Origin: Verrucomicrobiaceae bacterium
Lineage (GTDB): Bacteria; Verrucomicrobiota; Verrucomicrobiia; Verrucomicrobiales; Akkermansiaceae
Assembly (NCBI GenBank): GCA_051252135.1
Contig: JBPOGH010000004.1
Location: 96,001 to 160,000 of the forward strand
DNA: 64,000 bases
Reading direction: 5' to 3'
Part shown: positions 20,279 through 30,349 of the stretch, piece after piece
Numbering within the stretch: the stretch's first letter is position 1
Layout of the letters: every line of letters begins with the position of its first letter
Translations under genes and position numbers: made by a program
Notes under the pieces: model-generated
Told to the model about the DNA's origin: nothing
Database searches by the model: none
What the model saw: the letters and a program-made list of their open reading frames with translations, nothing else

Positions 20279-21421
20279 ATGGGAAAAGGTGCTTCCATCT
20301 TCCTCTGTCTCGCCGTCGCGGCCCTGATTACGATCGGGCTGGTGATGTTGACGAGTGCGAGTGCGAAGTGGGACGCCGATGACGAGCAGTATTTCTATCT
20401 CGCGCGCCAGGTCCGATGGTTGGTTGTGGGCCTGGTTGGGATGGTAGGACTTGCTCTGATGGACTATCGGATTTTACGACGCTTTGCGGTGCCCTTATAT
20501 TTGGTCACCTGTCTGGCCTTGATTGCTTGTTATCTGCCTGGAATCGGGGATGCGGCGAAAGGAGAAAGTCGTTGGATTGTGCTTCCGGTGTTGGGGAGGT
20601 TTCAGCCATCCGAGCCTGCGAAGCTGGTGGTGATGATAGGAATGGCGACCTGGTTTTCGCGTTATCAGGCTGAGACGCGGAGTTTTTGGAAGGGTTTTGT
20701 GGCGCCTTGCATGATCCTGGGGGTGCCCTTATTGCTCATTCTTTTTGAGACCGACATGGGAACGGCGGCGGGTCTGGGAGCGGCGGGTCTGATGATCATT
20801 TTCATCGCAGGGACGAGGCTTCGATATCTTATTCCATCTGTGACGAGTGCGGTGGCGATGTTGGTCTACATGGTGAGCAAGGATCCGGTGCGGATGGCCC
20901 GGATTACGGCATTTATGGCTCCGGAGGAGCATCGTGAAGGAGCGGGTTGGCAGCAGGCGCTCTCGATTGAGGCCTTTGGAAACGGGGGTCCATCCGGGGT
21001 TGGATTGGGGAACGGATTGGTGAAGCAGATGAACTTTCCCGAGCACCACACGGATTTTATTTTTCCGGTGATTGGTGAGGAATTGGGTCTGGTATTCACC
21101 TTGGGAATTATTCTTTGTTTTGTGGTGATCTTTTTGGTGGGGGTGGGGATTTCCCTGTATGCCTCGGATTTGTTCGGGCGGATTCTTGGCCTTGGAGTGA
21201 CTGGAATTATTGTGGTGCCGGCGATGATGAACATCGGGGTGACGACCTCGATGCTTCCGAACACGGGCCTGCCGTTGCCCTTTGTGAGTTACGGTGGATC
21301 GAACCTGGTGTTCACTCTGGCGATGGTTGGGGTGTTGTTGGGGATTTTGAGGCGATCGGTGATTGTGGATCGGCGGGAGATTCCGGCGGTGAAGGAGAAG
21401 CGGGTTGAGTTGCGGCTCTGA
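20279..21421 (+). CDS. ftsW: SEDS family peptidoglycan polymerase FtsW
   Basis: G..RWI, FQPSE.AK, D.GT, PE.HTDFIF.VIGEELG, P.TGLPLPFVSYGGS. Confidence 0.93.
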   Translation: MGKGASIFLCLAVAALITIGLVMLTSASAKWDADDEQYFYLARQVRWLVVGLVGMVGLALMDYRILRRFAVPLYLVTCLALIACYLPGIGDAAKGESRWIVLPVLGRFQPSEPAKLVVMIGMATWFSRYQAETRSFWKGFVAPCMILGVPLLLILFETDMGTAAGLGAAGLMIIFIAGTRLRYLIPSVTSAVAMLVYMVSKDPVRMARITAFMAPEEHREGAGWQQALSIEAFGNGGPSGVGLGNGLVKQMNFPEHHTDFIFPVIGEELGLVFTLGIILCFVVIFLVGVGISLYASDLFGRILGLGVTGIIVVPAMMNIGVTTSMLPNTGLPLPFVSYGGSNLVFTLAMVGVLLGILRRSVIVDRREIPAVKEKRVELRL

Positions 21422-21633
21422 GGGGTGATTTGATGTTCCAAGCGCTCATTATGCTGCGGTGGAATCGGATTTGGGGGAGGAGATGAGGGGAGAATTCTTG
21501 TGAGTCCCTTCAGGAATGGAATGGGTTTTGGTGACATCCCCTGATGTTGCGATGGCGCCGAAGTGGAGGAAGCGGCAGAGAGTTCGGTGACGGGAGGCTT
21601 GCGGGTATGGGGAGGGTGGATTAGATCCCTTGT

Positions 21634-22644
21634 GTGGCGTTTACGGTTGAAAGAGCTTTTGATTTGGTTGAGTCCGCCCATGAGCGGGGGCGGCTGGCGC
21701 ATGCCTTTTTGATTACGGGACCGAAAGGGAGCGGTAAGGGGGCTTTGGCGGCACGGATGGCGGATCTTCTGAACGGGGAGGCCGATGCGGGAGGGGATCT
21801 TTGGGGGGAGCCGGAGGAGAAGGAGGAGCCGACTCTTGACGGGGTGGAGGGGGAGTTTGTGCGCTTGGTGCGGCCGCGGTCGAAATCGAGGATCATTCGG
21901 GTGGATGAGATGAGATCGATCGAGAAGATGATGCATCAGTCGGCGCCGGGGGCGAAGTGGAAGATCGGGGTGATTGTGGATGCGGACCGGATGAACGAGT
22001 CGGCTGAGAATGCATTTTTAAAGACGCTGGAGGAGCCACCGCCGCAGAGTTTGCTTTTGTTGCTTTCGGGTGAGCCGGAGCGGTTGTTGCCGACGATTTG
22101 GTCGCGCTGTGTGCATTTGTCCCTTTTGAGAGCCGAGGATATGGAGCGTGGTGCGGTGGAGGAGGCGCTGTTGCCGCTGTTGGCATCGGCCACGGGTGAA
22201 GGGCTGGGGCGGCTGGAGACGGGGCTGCGGGTGAAGGGGGGGATTGAGGCGATTCTTCTGGAGCGCAAGGTGGCGATTACGAAGGGATACGAGGCGTTGT
22301 TCAAAGAGGAGTCGGCGAAATATAAGAAGGCGATTGAGGGTGATTGGCTGGAGAAGAGGGAGAAGGAGTATGAGGCGTATATTTCGGCGGATTATTTGGG
22401 TGAGCGGAAGCAGGTGGTGACGACCTTGTTATCCTGGATGGGTGATTTGATCCGGCAGAAGGCGGAGGGGCCGGGGCTGGAGCATCCGGAATATGCGGAA
22501 GTGACAAAGGCGGCCGCATCGAATGAAAATCTGGACTCTCTTCTACAACGTGTTACCGCGGTGGAAGAGTTACGGCAGTTGCTCGAAACCAATGTCACGG
22601 AGGCTCTCGCGCTTGAGGTCTGCCTGATGAAAGCTTTTGGATAG
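21634..22644 (+). CDS. holB: DNA polymerase III delta' subunit
   Basis: GRLAHAFLITGPKGSGK, I.VDE.R, ADRMN.SA.NAFLKTLEEPP, LLPTI.SRC. Confidence 0.9.
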   Translation: MAFTVERAFDLVESAHERGRLAHAFLITGPKGSGKGALAARMADLLNGEADAGGDLWGEPEEKEEPTLDGVEGEFVRLVRPRSKSRIIRVDEMRSIEKMMHQSAPGAKWKIGVIVDADRMNESAENAFLKTLEEPPPQSLLLLLSGEPERLLPTIWSRCVHLSLLRAEDMERGAVEEALLPLLASATGEGLGRLETGLRVKGGIEAILLERKVAITKGYEALFKEESAKYKKAIEGDWLEKREKEYEAYISADYLGERKQVVTTLLSWMGDLIRQKAEGPGLEHPEYAEVTKAAASNENLDSLLQRVTAVEELRQLLETNVTEALALEVCLMKAFG

Positions 22645-22653
22645 AATAGAATT

Positions 22654-23718
22654 ATGAAAGGGGACAAATCATTTGTGGATCACATCCGTATCCGTTGCCG
22701 CTCGGGCGACGGGGGGAATGGCGCGGTTAGTTTTCGTAAGGAAAAGTTTGTTCCGCGTGGTGGTCCCGATGGTGGTGACGGTGGCGATGGGGGGAACGTG
22801 ATTATTGTGGTGGATGAGAACACCGACAATCTGCGTTCTTTTCATTACGATCCCAAGTTGATTGCTGACAATGGTGGTCAGGGTCAGAGCTGGAAGCGTC
22901 ATGGAAAGAATGGCAAGCCGGCGATAGGACGGGTTCCTCCGGGGACGGTCATTTATAAAAGTTCGGCGGAGACGGTGAGTGAGGCGGTGGCGCAGGAGCG
23001 CAGTGAGGAGGGGATTGAGCTGACTCCGGTGGCCGATTTGACGGAGCACGGGCAGGAGCTGGTTCTTTGTGAAGGCGGAAAAGGGGGGCGTGGTAATTTT
23101 CATTTCCGGTCGGCAACGAATCAGGTGCCGCAGGAGCGGGAGCTGGGGACGGAGGGCGAGGACCATGTTTATTATCTGGAGCTGCGCCGCATTGCGGATG
23201 CGGGTTTGGTGGGATTTCCGAATGCGGGGAAGTCGACCTTGTTGGGGAAGCTTTCGGCGAAGAAGCCGAAGGTGGCATCCTATCCGTTTACGACGCTGAC
23301 TCCCCAGATTGGGGTGGTGCCTTTGACCGGGCATTTGCGTTGCACGCTGGCTGACATTCCGGGAATCATTGAAGGAGCGCATGAAAACCGGGGCCTTGGG
23401 CACGAGTTTCTGCGTCACATCACGCGTTGTCGGGTGTTGCTTTTTGTGGTGGATATGGCGGGAAGCGAGGGGCGTGATCCGATTGAGGATGTGCAGACGC
23501 TGCGCACCGAGATCAAGATGTACGACGAGGAGCTGTCCAAATTCCCCTGGATGGTGGTGGCGAACAAGATGGATCTTGAGGGAGCGGAAGAGAATCTGGC
23601 GGCGTTTCAGAATCGTTTTTCCAAGATCAAGACGGTTTCGATTTCTGCCGAGCAGGAGGAGGGTCTTGATGAGGTGAGGGCCGCACTGGAGGAGATCATG
23701 AAGTCCGGAGATGCGTGA
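22654..23718 (+). CDS. obgE: GTPase ObgE/CgtA
   Basis: FVD....GDGGNG.VSFRKEKFVPRGGPDGGDGG, GFPNAGKST, YPFTTL.P, DIPG, NKMD. Confidence 0.97.
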   Translation: MKGDKSFVDHIRIRCRSGDGGNGAVSFRKEKFVPRGGPDGGDGGDGGNVIIVVDENTDNLRSFHYDPKLIADNGGQGQSWKRHGKNGKPAIGRVPPGTVIYKSSAETVSEAVAQERSEEGIELTPVADLTEHGQELVLCEGGKGGRGNFHFRSATNQVPQERELGTEGEDHVYYLELRRIADAGLVGFPNAGKSTLLGKLSAKKPKVASYPFTTLTPQIGVVPLTGHLRCTLADIPGIIEGAHENRGLGHEFLRHITRCRVLLFVVDMAGSEGRDPIEDVQTLRTEIKMYDEELSKFPWMVVANKMDLEGAEENLAAFQNRFSKIKTVSISAEQEEGLDEVRAALEEIMKSGDA

Positions 23719-24085
23719 GTTGCTCTTCGTCTACGGGGCGTTGCGCAAGGGGGCCTCGAATGATTGGCGGATGAACGATGCCCGTTGGCTGGGTCCGGCA
23801 GAGGTGGCGGGGGCTCTGGTGAAGATTGACTGGTATCCCGGGCTGGTGCTGAGTGAGAGGGGCGGGCCGGTGAAGGGGGAGGTTTATGAAGTTTCCACGG
23901 ATTTGTTGGCCGAGCTGGATGCCTTTGAAGGGATCGGGTTGGCCGATGACCGGAACGGGGAATACCACCGGATTCGCGCGACCGTGCTTCTGGAGGACGG
24001 TCCGCGCGAGGTGTGGATTTACGAGTGGCTCAAGGGGGTCGACGGCTATGAAGTGGTCGACAGCGGAGACTGGCTGACGCGTTGA
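23711..24085 (+). CDS. Gamma-glutamylcyclotransferase (AIG2/YtfP-like) family protein
   Basis: LFVYG.LR.G, YPGL, V.GEVY.V....L.ELD.FEG, SGDW. Confidence 0.88.
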   Translation: MRELLFVYGALRKGASNDWRMNDARWLGPAEVAGALVKIDWYPGLVLSERGGPVKGEVYEVSTDLLAELDAFEGIGLADDRNGEYHRIRATVLLEDGPREVWIYEWLKGVDGYEVVDSGDWLTR

Positions 24086-24637
24086 CTAGCGGACGTTGAA
24101 TGTGCGTCCTTTGCCGGTGTCCCAGGCGGTGTAGACGGAGCCGTAGAGGGCACGGAGTTCGCCGCGGCTGAGGAGGCGAAATTCGATGGTCTTGGCGTGG
24201 GTGGTGTCAGGGTAGTGCTTTTGGGCCATTTCATCGATGCTGATGCCGGTGCGCTCGCGGGCCCGGTTGCGGAGTTCGGTGCCGCGTCCCTGGATGCGTT
24301 TGAGGACGTCGAGCTTGGTGTCCTCGGTGACGGGCTCGATGTAGTAGAAGCGGACGAGGGAGGTGCCGGTGGTGTCGATGGTGACCTCGGAGACGATGAC
24401 GGTGCCATCGAGGACGTAGGAGTGCTCGCTGATGGCGACGATGTTTCCGAGATTTACGGCGTAGCGGCCACCGGGGAGGTTGGCTTCCCAGCGACGTTTT
24501 TTGTTGAGTTCGTCGGTGGTGTTTTCAGGTGCCTCGGCGCCTTCTTCCTTGGGGTCTTCATCCCGTGGCGGGGAGGTTTGGGAGAAGGCGGGGAGCCATG
24601 CGAAGGCGAGGAGGGCAGTGAGGAGATGGGCTTTCAT
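24086..24637 (-). CDS. Hypothetical secreted protein
   Basis: Signal peptide (MKAHLLTALLAFAWLPAFSQ); C-ending codon usage typical of minus-strand genes here; no recognised domain. Confidence 0.75.
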   Translation of the reverse strand: MKAHLLTALLAFAWLPAFSQTSPPRDEDPKEEGAEAPENTTDELNKKRRWEANLPGGRYAVNLGNIVAISEHSYVLDGTVIVSEVTIDTTGTSLVRFYYIEPVTEDTKLDVLKRIQGRGTELRNRARERTGISIDEMAQKHYPDTTHAKTIEFRLLSRGELRALYGSVYTAWDTGKGRTFNVR

Positions 24638-24723
24638 TGTTATAGGAACTATCAAGTGATGAATCGCGCGCGTCAAAGATTCATTTCGGTGGCAGGGGAG
24701 CAGGAATGGGGGTAGGGTCGTGC

Positions 24724-25191
24724 ATGGATGGATATCGACCGAACGTGGCTGCGTTGATGGTGAATTCGAGAGGAGAAATTTTGGTATGCGAGCGGTTTAA
24801 GATTCCGGGATCGTGGCAGTTTCCCCAGGGCGGAGTGGATGAGGGGGAGGATCTTAAAGTGGCGCTGGTTCGTGAGATCGAAGAGGAGATTGGGCTGGGG
24901 GTCGAAGCCTATACGGTGGGGCCGTCGAGGGGAGGTTACCGGTATGACTATCCGGAGAGTGTCCGGCGTGCGAAGCCACCGCATAAGATGAATTTTGTGG
25001 GGCAGGAGCAGACTTACTTTTTGTGCCGGGTGAAGGAGGATCGGCCTGAGATCGATTTGATGCGGGAGCCGAGAGAATTTTCCCAGGGCAAGTGGATTCA
25101 TCCGGAGGAGTTTGAGGTGAAGTGGCTACCGGCGTTCAAGAGGCCGGTTTATCGTGCGGTGATGAAGGATTTCTTTGAGGTGGAGATTTGA
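24724..25191 (+). CDS. NUDIX hydrolase, RppH/Ap4A-hydrolase-like
   Basis: YRPNVA, WQFPQGGVD.GE....A..RE..EE.G Nudix box, GQEQ.YF, FKR.VY. Confidence 0.9.
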   Translation: MDGYRPNVAALMVNSRGEILVCERFKIPGSWQFPQGGVDEGEDLKVALVREIEEEIGLGVEAYTVGPSRGGYRYDYPESVRRAKPPHKMNFVGQEQTYFLCRVKEDRPEIDLMREPREFSQGKWIHPEEFEVKWLPAFKRPVYRAVMKDFFEVEI

Positions 25192-25193
25192 AG

Positions 25194-25234
25194 AAAAAAA
25201 GCCCGGCACTCGCGCGGAGTGACGGGCTCATTTT
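25194..25234. terminator. Bidirectional terminator between the NUDIX and peroxiredoxin genes
   Basis: A7-GCCCG.CACTC-loop-GAGTG.CGGGCT-cattt hairpin between convergent genes. Confidence 0.7.
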
Positions 25235-25250
25235 AAAGATCGGGGGAGGG

Positions 25251-25745
25251 TTAGGACAGCTCGGCGAGCTTGGCCTTGATGGCGTCGAAGTCAGGGAGGT
25301 CGCCGGGGGAGTCGTTGACTTGGGCGAATTGGACGACGCCGTCCTTATCGATGAGGAAGGCGGAGCGCTTGGGAACGCCGCCCATGATGAGGTTCTTCTC
25401 GGGGAGGAACTGGTCGTAAGCGATGCCGTAGGCTTCGGTGGCCTTGTGATCGTAGTCCGAGAGGAGTTTGAGGGTGATGTTTTCCTTTTCGGCCCATGCG
25501 GCTTGGGCAAAGGGGTTGTCGCCGGAGATGCCGAGGACCTTGCAGTTGAGGTCGGTGTAGGCACCGAGGCCAGCGGAGATTTCGCAGAACTCGGTGGTGC
25601 AGACGCCGGTGTAGGCCATTGGGACGAAGAGGAGGAGAATGTTTTGTTCGCCGAGTTGCTCGGAGAGTTTGACTACTTCGGGGCCGCCTTCGCCGAGGCC
25701 GACGAGGGAAAAATCAGGGGCTTTATCGCCAACTTGGATACTCAT
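25251..25745 (-). CDS. Peroxiredoxin (AhpC/TSA, AhpE-like)
   Basis: VGDKAPDF, P.AYTGVCT.E.C (PxxxTxxC), GIS.D, LLSD, KRSAF.IDKDG.V. Confidence 0.92.
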   Translation of the reverse strand: MSIQVGDKAPDFSLVGLGEGGPEVVKLSEQLGEQNILLLFVPMAYTGVCTTEFCEISAGLGAYTDLNCKVLGISGDNPFAQAAWAEKENITLKLLSDYDHKATEAYGIAYDQFLPEKNLIMGGVPKRSAFLIDKDGVVQFAQVNDSPGDLPDFDAIKAKLAELS

Positions 25746-25849
25746 GGTGGGGTGACTATATGGTGCAATCGATTCCGGTCAAGAGGGGGAGTGGTTTAGG
25801 TTTGTGTGAGGGGGCGGGATTTGCGAGCTTGGTGGGAATCGATGTTGTG

Positions 25850-26689
25850 ATGAAGATTTGGATTGTTGTTTTGAGCGTTGGATTGGCGGGAAATCTTCTG
25901 CTGAGTTGGTCTCTATTCAGGGTGGATGAGGGAGATGGCGGGCAGGTTCAGGCGGTGGGCGAGAGCAGGGAGGCGGGTGACTTTGATGAGATTCGAGGTT
26001 CGTTGGAGGAGTTGCGGGATGCGGTGGCGGCTCTTGAGGTGGCGCCCAAGGGGGGCGGGGAATGGAAGGATGACGGGCTTGAGGGGCGGGTGAGGGCGAT
26101 TGAGCGATCGCTTGAGAGGCTGGAGTCGGCAGTGGACGGGATGGGAGTGGCTCCGGTATTGGAAGACCGGGAAGCGCTTTTTGCATCGGATGAGGGGAGT
26201 CTGAGAGCGGCGGAGTATTATGAGGCGGGGAAGTTTGCGATCGCGGGGGAGGGATTTTTGACCTTTTTGGAGGCTCATCCGGATCATCCGGAGCACCGGA
26301 GTATTGCGGAGATGGCGCGGCGGGCGTTTGTGCAGGCGGGGAATTTGGACAAGGCGATCGCGATCCAGGGGGAGTTGATGGAGATTTATCCCGAGAACAA
26401 GGCGGGTGATCTGATGACGCTGGCTGATTTGCAGAAGCAGGCGGGGAAGTATCAGGAGGCTGCGGAGTCTGCGCGGGAGTCGGCGGGGCTGGCGAATGAC
26501 AATTCGAAGTATTGGAATCTCCTTTATGGGGCGTGGTATACGCAGTTGGGAGATGGCCTCGATGCGGGGTTGGCGGCGCATCAGGAACTGCAAAAGCAGG
26601 CGATCACAGGAGGATTCAACGATGATAAGTTCAATCAGCGGATTCAGGAGCGGATTGCGGAGATTGAGGCGCAGATGGCGTCACGGTAG
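25850..26689 (+). CDS. Hypothetical membrane-anchored protein with TPR-like helical repeats
   Basis: N-terminal TM; coiled segment; A..YY.AGKF..A...F..FL..HP and AGNLDKAI....L..YP TPR-like units. Confidence 0.7.
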   Translation: MKIWIVVLSVGLAGNLLLSWSLFRVDEGDGGQVQAVGESREAGDFDEIRGSLEELRDAVAALEVAPKGGGEWKDDGLEGRVRAIERSLERLESAVDGMGVAPVLEDREALFASDEGSLRAAEYYEAGKFAIAGEGFLTFLEAHPDHPEHRSIAEMARRAFVQAGNLDKAIAIQGELMEIYPENKAGDLMTLADLQKQAGKYQEAAESARESAGLANDNSKYWNLLYGAWYTQLGDGLDAGLAAHQELQKQAITGGFNDDKFNQRIQERIAEIEAQMASR

Positions 26690-27192
26690 GGGTAAGGTGT
26701 GGGTTTTTTTAGGGGTGAATTGGTATCAGACGCGCCCAATGGCGCCTGAGCGAGGGTGGAATGGGGGTTGGTTGAGTTGGTGATTGGCAGGGTGAATGGT
26801 GGCTGGATCGCCATTTTCAGGGCCTTTTAGGGCAGGATGCGCTAAATATTTAAGGATCATTAATCGTCTGCTCACGATGATGATCAAAATTTTTTGGTCG
26901 TTTTTTTAACGGAATGAGTGTGCCCGTTTCAGTGCAGTGATCCGGTGGGTTTCGAGTAGGATCCGTTCGGGAAGAAATTTGTTTAGTGGAGAGTGACGCT
27001 GGTATGGGGGCTGTGGCCTATGAGCTTAATTTTAGCGAATAGTTAGGGAAAGTTAAACAACTTAGTTATTTAAGAAACATGAATTAAAAGGACTCCTTAA
27101 TATTTAAGAATAAGGTCTATATTTTTTAACATTTAATCTTGTTTGGATTCCTACACTTATGCAATTTCCGCCGCGTTCACCCCTTAACGTAA

Positions 27193-28092
27193 ATGGAAAG
27201 TAACAAGAAAAGAAAATTAAAGATTAGTAAGTTAGCAGCATTTGTGACCGTTTCGGCCAGTTTTGGTCTTAGCGCGAATGCCCAGACCTACGGAGTGACC
27301 GGCTCGAGCGGCCAGGGAACTTTGCAGAACAATTCGATCTATAAGATTGAGAACGGGATCGCGACGCGTATTTCCCCTACGGCGGTCACTCCCAACAGCT
27401 TTGCCTACGACACCGATAATGACCGTTACTACTACGGGGATCACTCGGGAACCAATCTCTACCTGTTCGATCCTCTTGTTGGCAGCAACACCTTGATTGG
27501 TGACCTTACCGATTACGGCATGCCCACAGGCACAGCGTTGAGCGGTGGCGGTGATTTCTTTGATTCCGCTTATTACTACATTTCGGAGCCTACCGGCGAT
27601 ACGGCCACTCTCAATGCGCTCACCTTTGGAAACGACGGAACGACCATTGCTACGAGAGAGGCGTTGAGCCTGAGCCTTCCTTCCGGTTGGTCGGGAATCG
27701 GAGACTTTGGAGACTTTGCGGTCGATTCCGCTACCGGGCTCCTTTACGGGAGCTCGACTCCCAACTTCACGGCAGGAGGAAATACCACTCCCTATCTCTG
27801 GCAGGTGGATTTGAATGCGACGGTGAAGACGGTCACAAATCTTGGAGCGACGCCGTCGGTTTACCAGATTGCGATTGATGCGACGACCGGCAAACTGCAT
27901 GCGAATGAGTGGCAGAGTGGTGGCGCATTTTACGAATTGGACAAGAGTGATGGATCGATTCTGACTACCCAGAGCGTCGGCGGTGACTTCTTCGACCTGG
28001 CTTCCGGTGGAGCGAATGCGGCTCCCGAGCCGTCATCGGCAATGCTCGCTGCTCTTGGTGCGCTTGGTCTGATGGTGCGTCGCAAGCGCTAG
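27193..28092 (+). CDS. PEP-CTERM sorting domain surface protein
   Basis: Signal peptide; C-terminal APEPSSAMLAALGALGLMVRRKR; body rich in beta-propeller-like repeats. Confidence 0.92.
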   Translation: MESNKKRKLKISKLAAFVTVSASFGLSANAQTYGVTGSSGQGTLQNNSIYKIENGIATRISPTAVTPNSFAYDTDNDRYYYGDHSGTNLYLFDPLVGSNTLIGDLTDYGMPTGTALSGGGDFFDSAYYYISEPTGDTATLNALTFGNDGTTIATREALSLSLPSGWSGIGDFGDFAVDSATGLLYGSSTPNFTAGGNTTPYLWQVDLNATVKTVTNLGATPSVYQIAIDATTGKLHANEWQSGGAFYELDKSDGSILTTQSVGGDFFDLASGGANAAPEPSSAMLAALGALGLMVRRKR

Positions 28093-28117
28093 ATTAGCGG
28101 TCCTCTTACGATCTTGA

Positions 28118-28148
28118 GCCTGCCACGGGAAACCGTGGCGGGTTTTTT
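28118..28148 (+). terminator. Rho-independent terminator
   Basis: GCCTGCCACGG-GAAA-CCGTGGCGGGT followed by a T run. Confidence 0.88.
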
Positions 28149-28309
28149 GTGCCAAGGGTTGGTGGCGGAGTCGGTTTGACTCACGGGAGAGGGGCGTTGA
28201 GCGGTAGGGAATTTAGGGAGGGTTTGCGGAATTCATTGGATGTTTTGAAATTCCGTCAGATCATTCGGGTGGCCGGGAATTTCAGCGGTCTATTCCGAAG
28301 GATTACACG

Positions 28310-29239
28310 ATGTGGTTTATATTTATTGGGGCGGTTTTGCTTTTTATCGGTGCTGAGGCGCTGGTGCGGTCGAGCGTGAGCCTGGCGGGGCGGGTGGGGA
28401 TGTCTCCGTTGATCGCGGGGCTGACGGTGGTGGCGTTTGGGACGAGTGCGCCGGAGTTGGGGGTGAGTGTGTCATCGGCGCTGAGCGGGAGCTCGGGAAT
28501 TGCGCTGGGGAATGTGGTGGGGTCGAACATTTTCAATATTGCGGTGATTCTGGGGTTGGCGGCGATGATTAAGCCGGTGGCGATCGAGTTGCCGCTGATC
28601 AAGCGGGATATTCCGGTGATGGTGGGATGTGCGGGTGTTGCTTGTGTTTTTTTGATGTTGGGAGGGATTTCGGCTGCGGGGGGGATTTTGTTGTTATTGG
28701 GTTTGGTGGTTTATCTGTGGTTTACGATCCGGGATGCGAAGCGGGAAGGAGAGGATGGGGGGGAGGAGATCGGGGCGCAGCAGGTGTTTGCGAAGCCCTG
28801 GGGGTTCGATGTGGTGGTTCTGTTGGTTGGTCTGGGGATGCTGGTGGCGGGGTCGCAGTTTTTTGTGACTGGCGCGGTGCAGCTGGCGAAGACCTTGGGC
28901 GTGTCCGATGCGGTGGTGGGGCTGACGATTGTGGCCGCGGGGACGAGTCTGCCGGAGCTGGCGACGAGTGTGGTGGCGGCGGTGCGAGGTCAGTCCCCGA
29001 TCGCGATCGGGAATGTGGTGGGCTCGAATATTTTCAACATCCTCTGTATTCTGGGAGTGACGGCGACGGTGGCCCCGATTGATGCCGCGGGATTTGGGAT
29101 GCGGGACGGGTGGGTGATGTTGGGCTTCAGTGCGCTGCTGGTTCCCTTTGCGATGACGGGCCGGCGAATCAGTCGGTTTGAAGGGACGATCCTGTTGCTG
29201 GGGTATGGGGCCTACCTGGTCTTGCTCTGGCCGAGGTAG
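28310..29239 (+). CDS. Calcium/sodium antiporter (CaCA, YrbG-like)
   Basis: Two alpha repeats: GLTVVAFGTSAPEL..GNVVGSNIFN and GLTIVAAGTSLPEL..GNVVGSNIFN. Confidence 0.95.
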   Translation: MWFIFIGAVLLFIGAEALVRSSVSLAGRVGMSPLIAGLTVVAFGTSAPELGVSVSSALSGSSGIALGNVVGSNIFNIAVILGLAAMIKPVAIELPLIKRDIPVMVGCAGVACVFLMLGGISAAGGILLLLGLVVYLWFTIRDAKREGEDGGEEIGAQQVFAKPWGFDVVVLLVGLGMLVAGSQFFVTGAVQLAKTLGVSDAVVGLTIVAAGTSLPELATSVVAAVRGQSPIAIGNVVGSNIFNILCILGVTATVAPIDAAGFGMRDGWVMLGFSALLVPFAMTGRRISRFEGTILLLGYGAYLVLLWPR

Positions 29240-29251
29240 GGTGAGGGCTGG

Positions 29252-30349
29252 TTAATCCGGAAGGTGGGAGCGGAGGGCGTTGATTTGCTCGATGGAGTGA
29301 GCGGCGCTGAGGGTGATGCGGAGGCGGGCGGTGCCGCGGGGGACGGTGGGGTAGCGGATGGCGGGGACGAGGAAGCCGGCGTCGAGGAGGGTTTTTGAGG
29401 CGTCGAGGGCGGCTTGGTTTTCTCCGATGATGAGGGGGATGATGGGGGAGGGAGAATTAAAATTTGAGATGTTGGAGTGGAGCTTTTTTCTGATGGCCTG
29501 GCCTTCGGGGGTGGAGAGGAGATGGAGGGCGGCGAGGGAGGCGGCGGCCTGGGAGGGGGGCGGGGCGGTGGAGTAGATGAAGGAGCGGGCTTTGTTGATG
29601 AGGAGGTCGATCCAGTCTTGGGAGGCGGCGAGGTAGCCACCGGCGGATCCGAGGGCTTTGCCGAGAGTGCCCATTTGGAAATCTACGCGGTCCTGGAGGC
29701 CGAGTTGTTCGGCGAGGCCCTGGCCGGTAGGTCCGAGGACGCCGATGGCGTGGGCTTCATCGAGGAGGAGGAGGGCGTTGTGGCGTTCTTTGAGCTCGAT
29801 GATTTCGGCGAGGGGGGCGAGGTCGCCATCCATGGAGAAGACGGACTCGGTGATGATCAAGGTACGATTTTTTCCCGAGGTGAGGAGTTTTTCGAGTTTG
29901 TTGAGGTCGTTGTGGGGGAAGACGCGGAGGGTGGCGCCGGAGAGGCGGGCGGCATCGATGAGGGAGGCGTGGGAGAGCTTGTCGAGGATGACGGTGTCGC
30001 CTTTTCCGACGAGGGCGGGGATGGTGCCGAGGGCGGTGGCGTAGCCGTTGGCGAAGGTGAGGGCGGCCTGGGATTTTTTGAGTCGGGCGATGGTTTCCTC
30101 GAGTTGGTGGTAGATATCGAGGGAGCCGCAGACGAGGCGGGAGGCGGTGGAGCCGGTGCCGTATTTTTCGAGGGCGGCGGTGGCGGCGCTGACGAGGGCG
30201 GGGTGGCGTGAGAGGCCGAGGTAGTCGTTGGAGGAGAAGTTGATGAGCTCGCGCCCGTCGAGGGTGACGAGGGGCGGGGCGGGCGAGGAGGTTTTCCGCA
30301 GGGAGCGGAGGAGTCCGGCGTCGCGGAGTTGGGCGAGCTCGTCGTTCAT
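29252..30349 (-). CDS. bioF: 8-amino-7-oxononanoate synthase
   Basis: NFSSNDYLGL, G..ASRLV.G, HASL.D, ESVFSMDGD, DEAH, TLGKA, AIRYPTVP.G.ARLRI. Confidence 0.93.
   Translation of the reverse strand: MNDELAQLRDAGLLRSLRKTSSPAPPLVTLDGRELINFSSNDYLGLSRHPALVSAATAALEKYGTGSTASRLVCGSLDIYHQLEETIARLKKSQAALTFANGYATALGTIPALVGKGDTVILDKLSHASLIDAARLSGATLRVFPHNDLNKLEKLLTSGKNRTLIITESVFSMDGDLAPLAEIIELKERHNALLLLDEAHAIGVLGPTGQGLAEQLGLQDRVDFQMGTLGKALGSAGGYLAASQDWIDLLINKARSFIYSTAPPPSQAAASLAALHLLSTPEGQAIRKKLHSNISNFNSPSPIIPLIIGENQAALDASKTLLDAGFLVPAIRYPTVPRGTARLRITLSAAHSIEQINALRSHLPD

Noticed and set aside
25251..25745. Second selenoprotein among the redox genes (peroxiredoxin, rhodanese)
   Set aside because: Active-site residues are ordinary Cys codons in uninterrupted ORFs.
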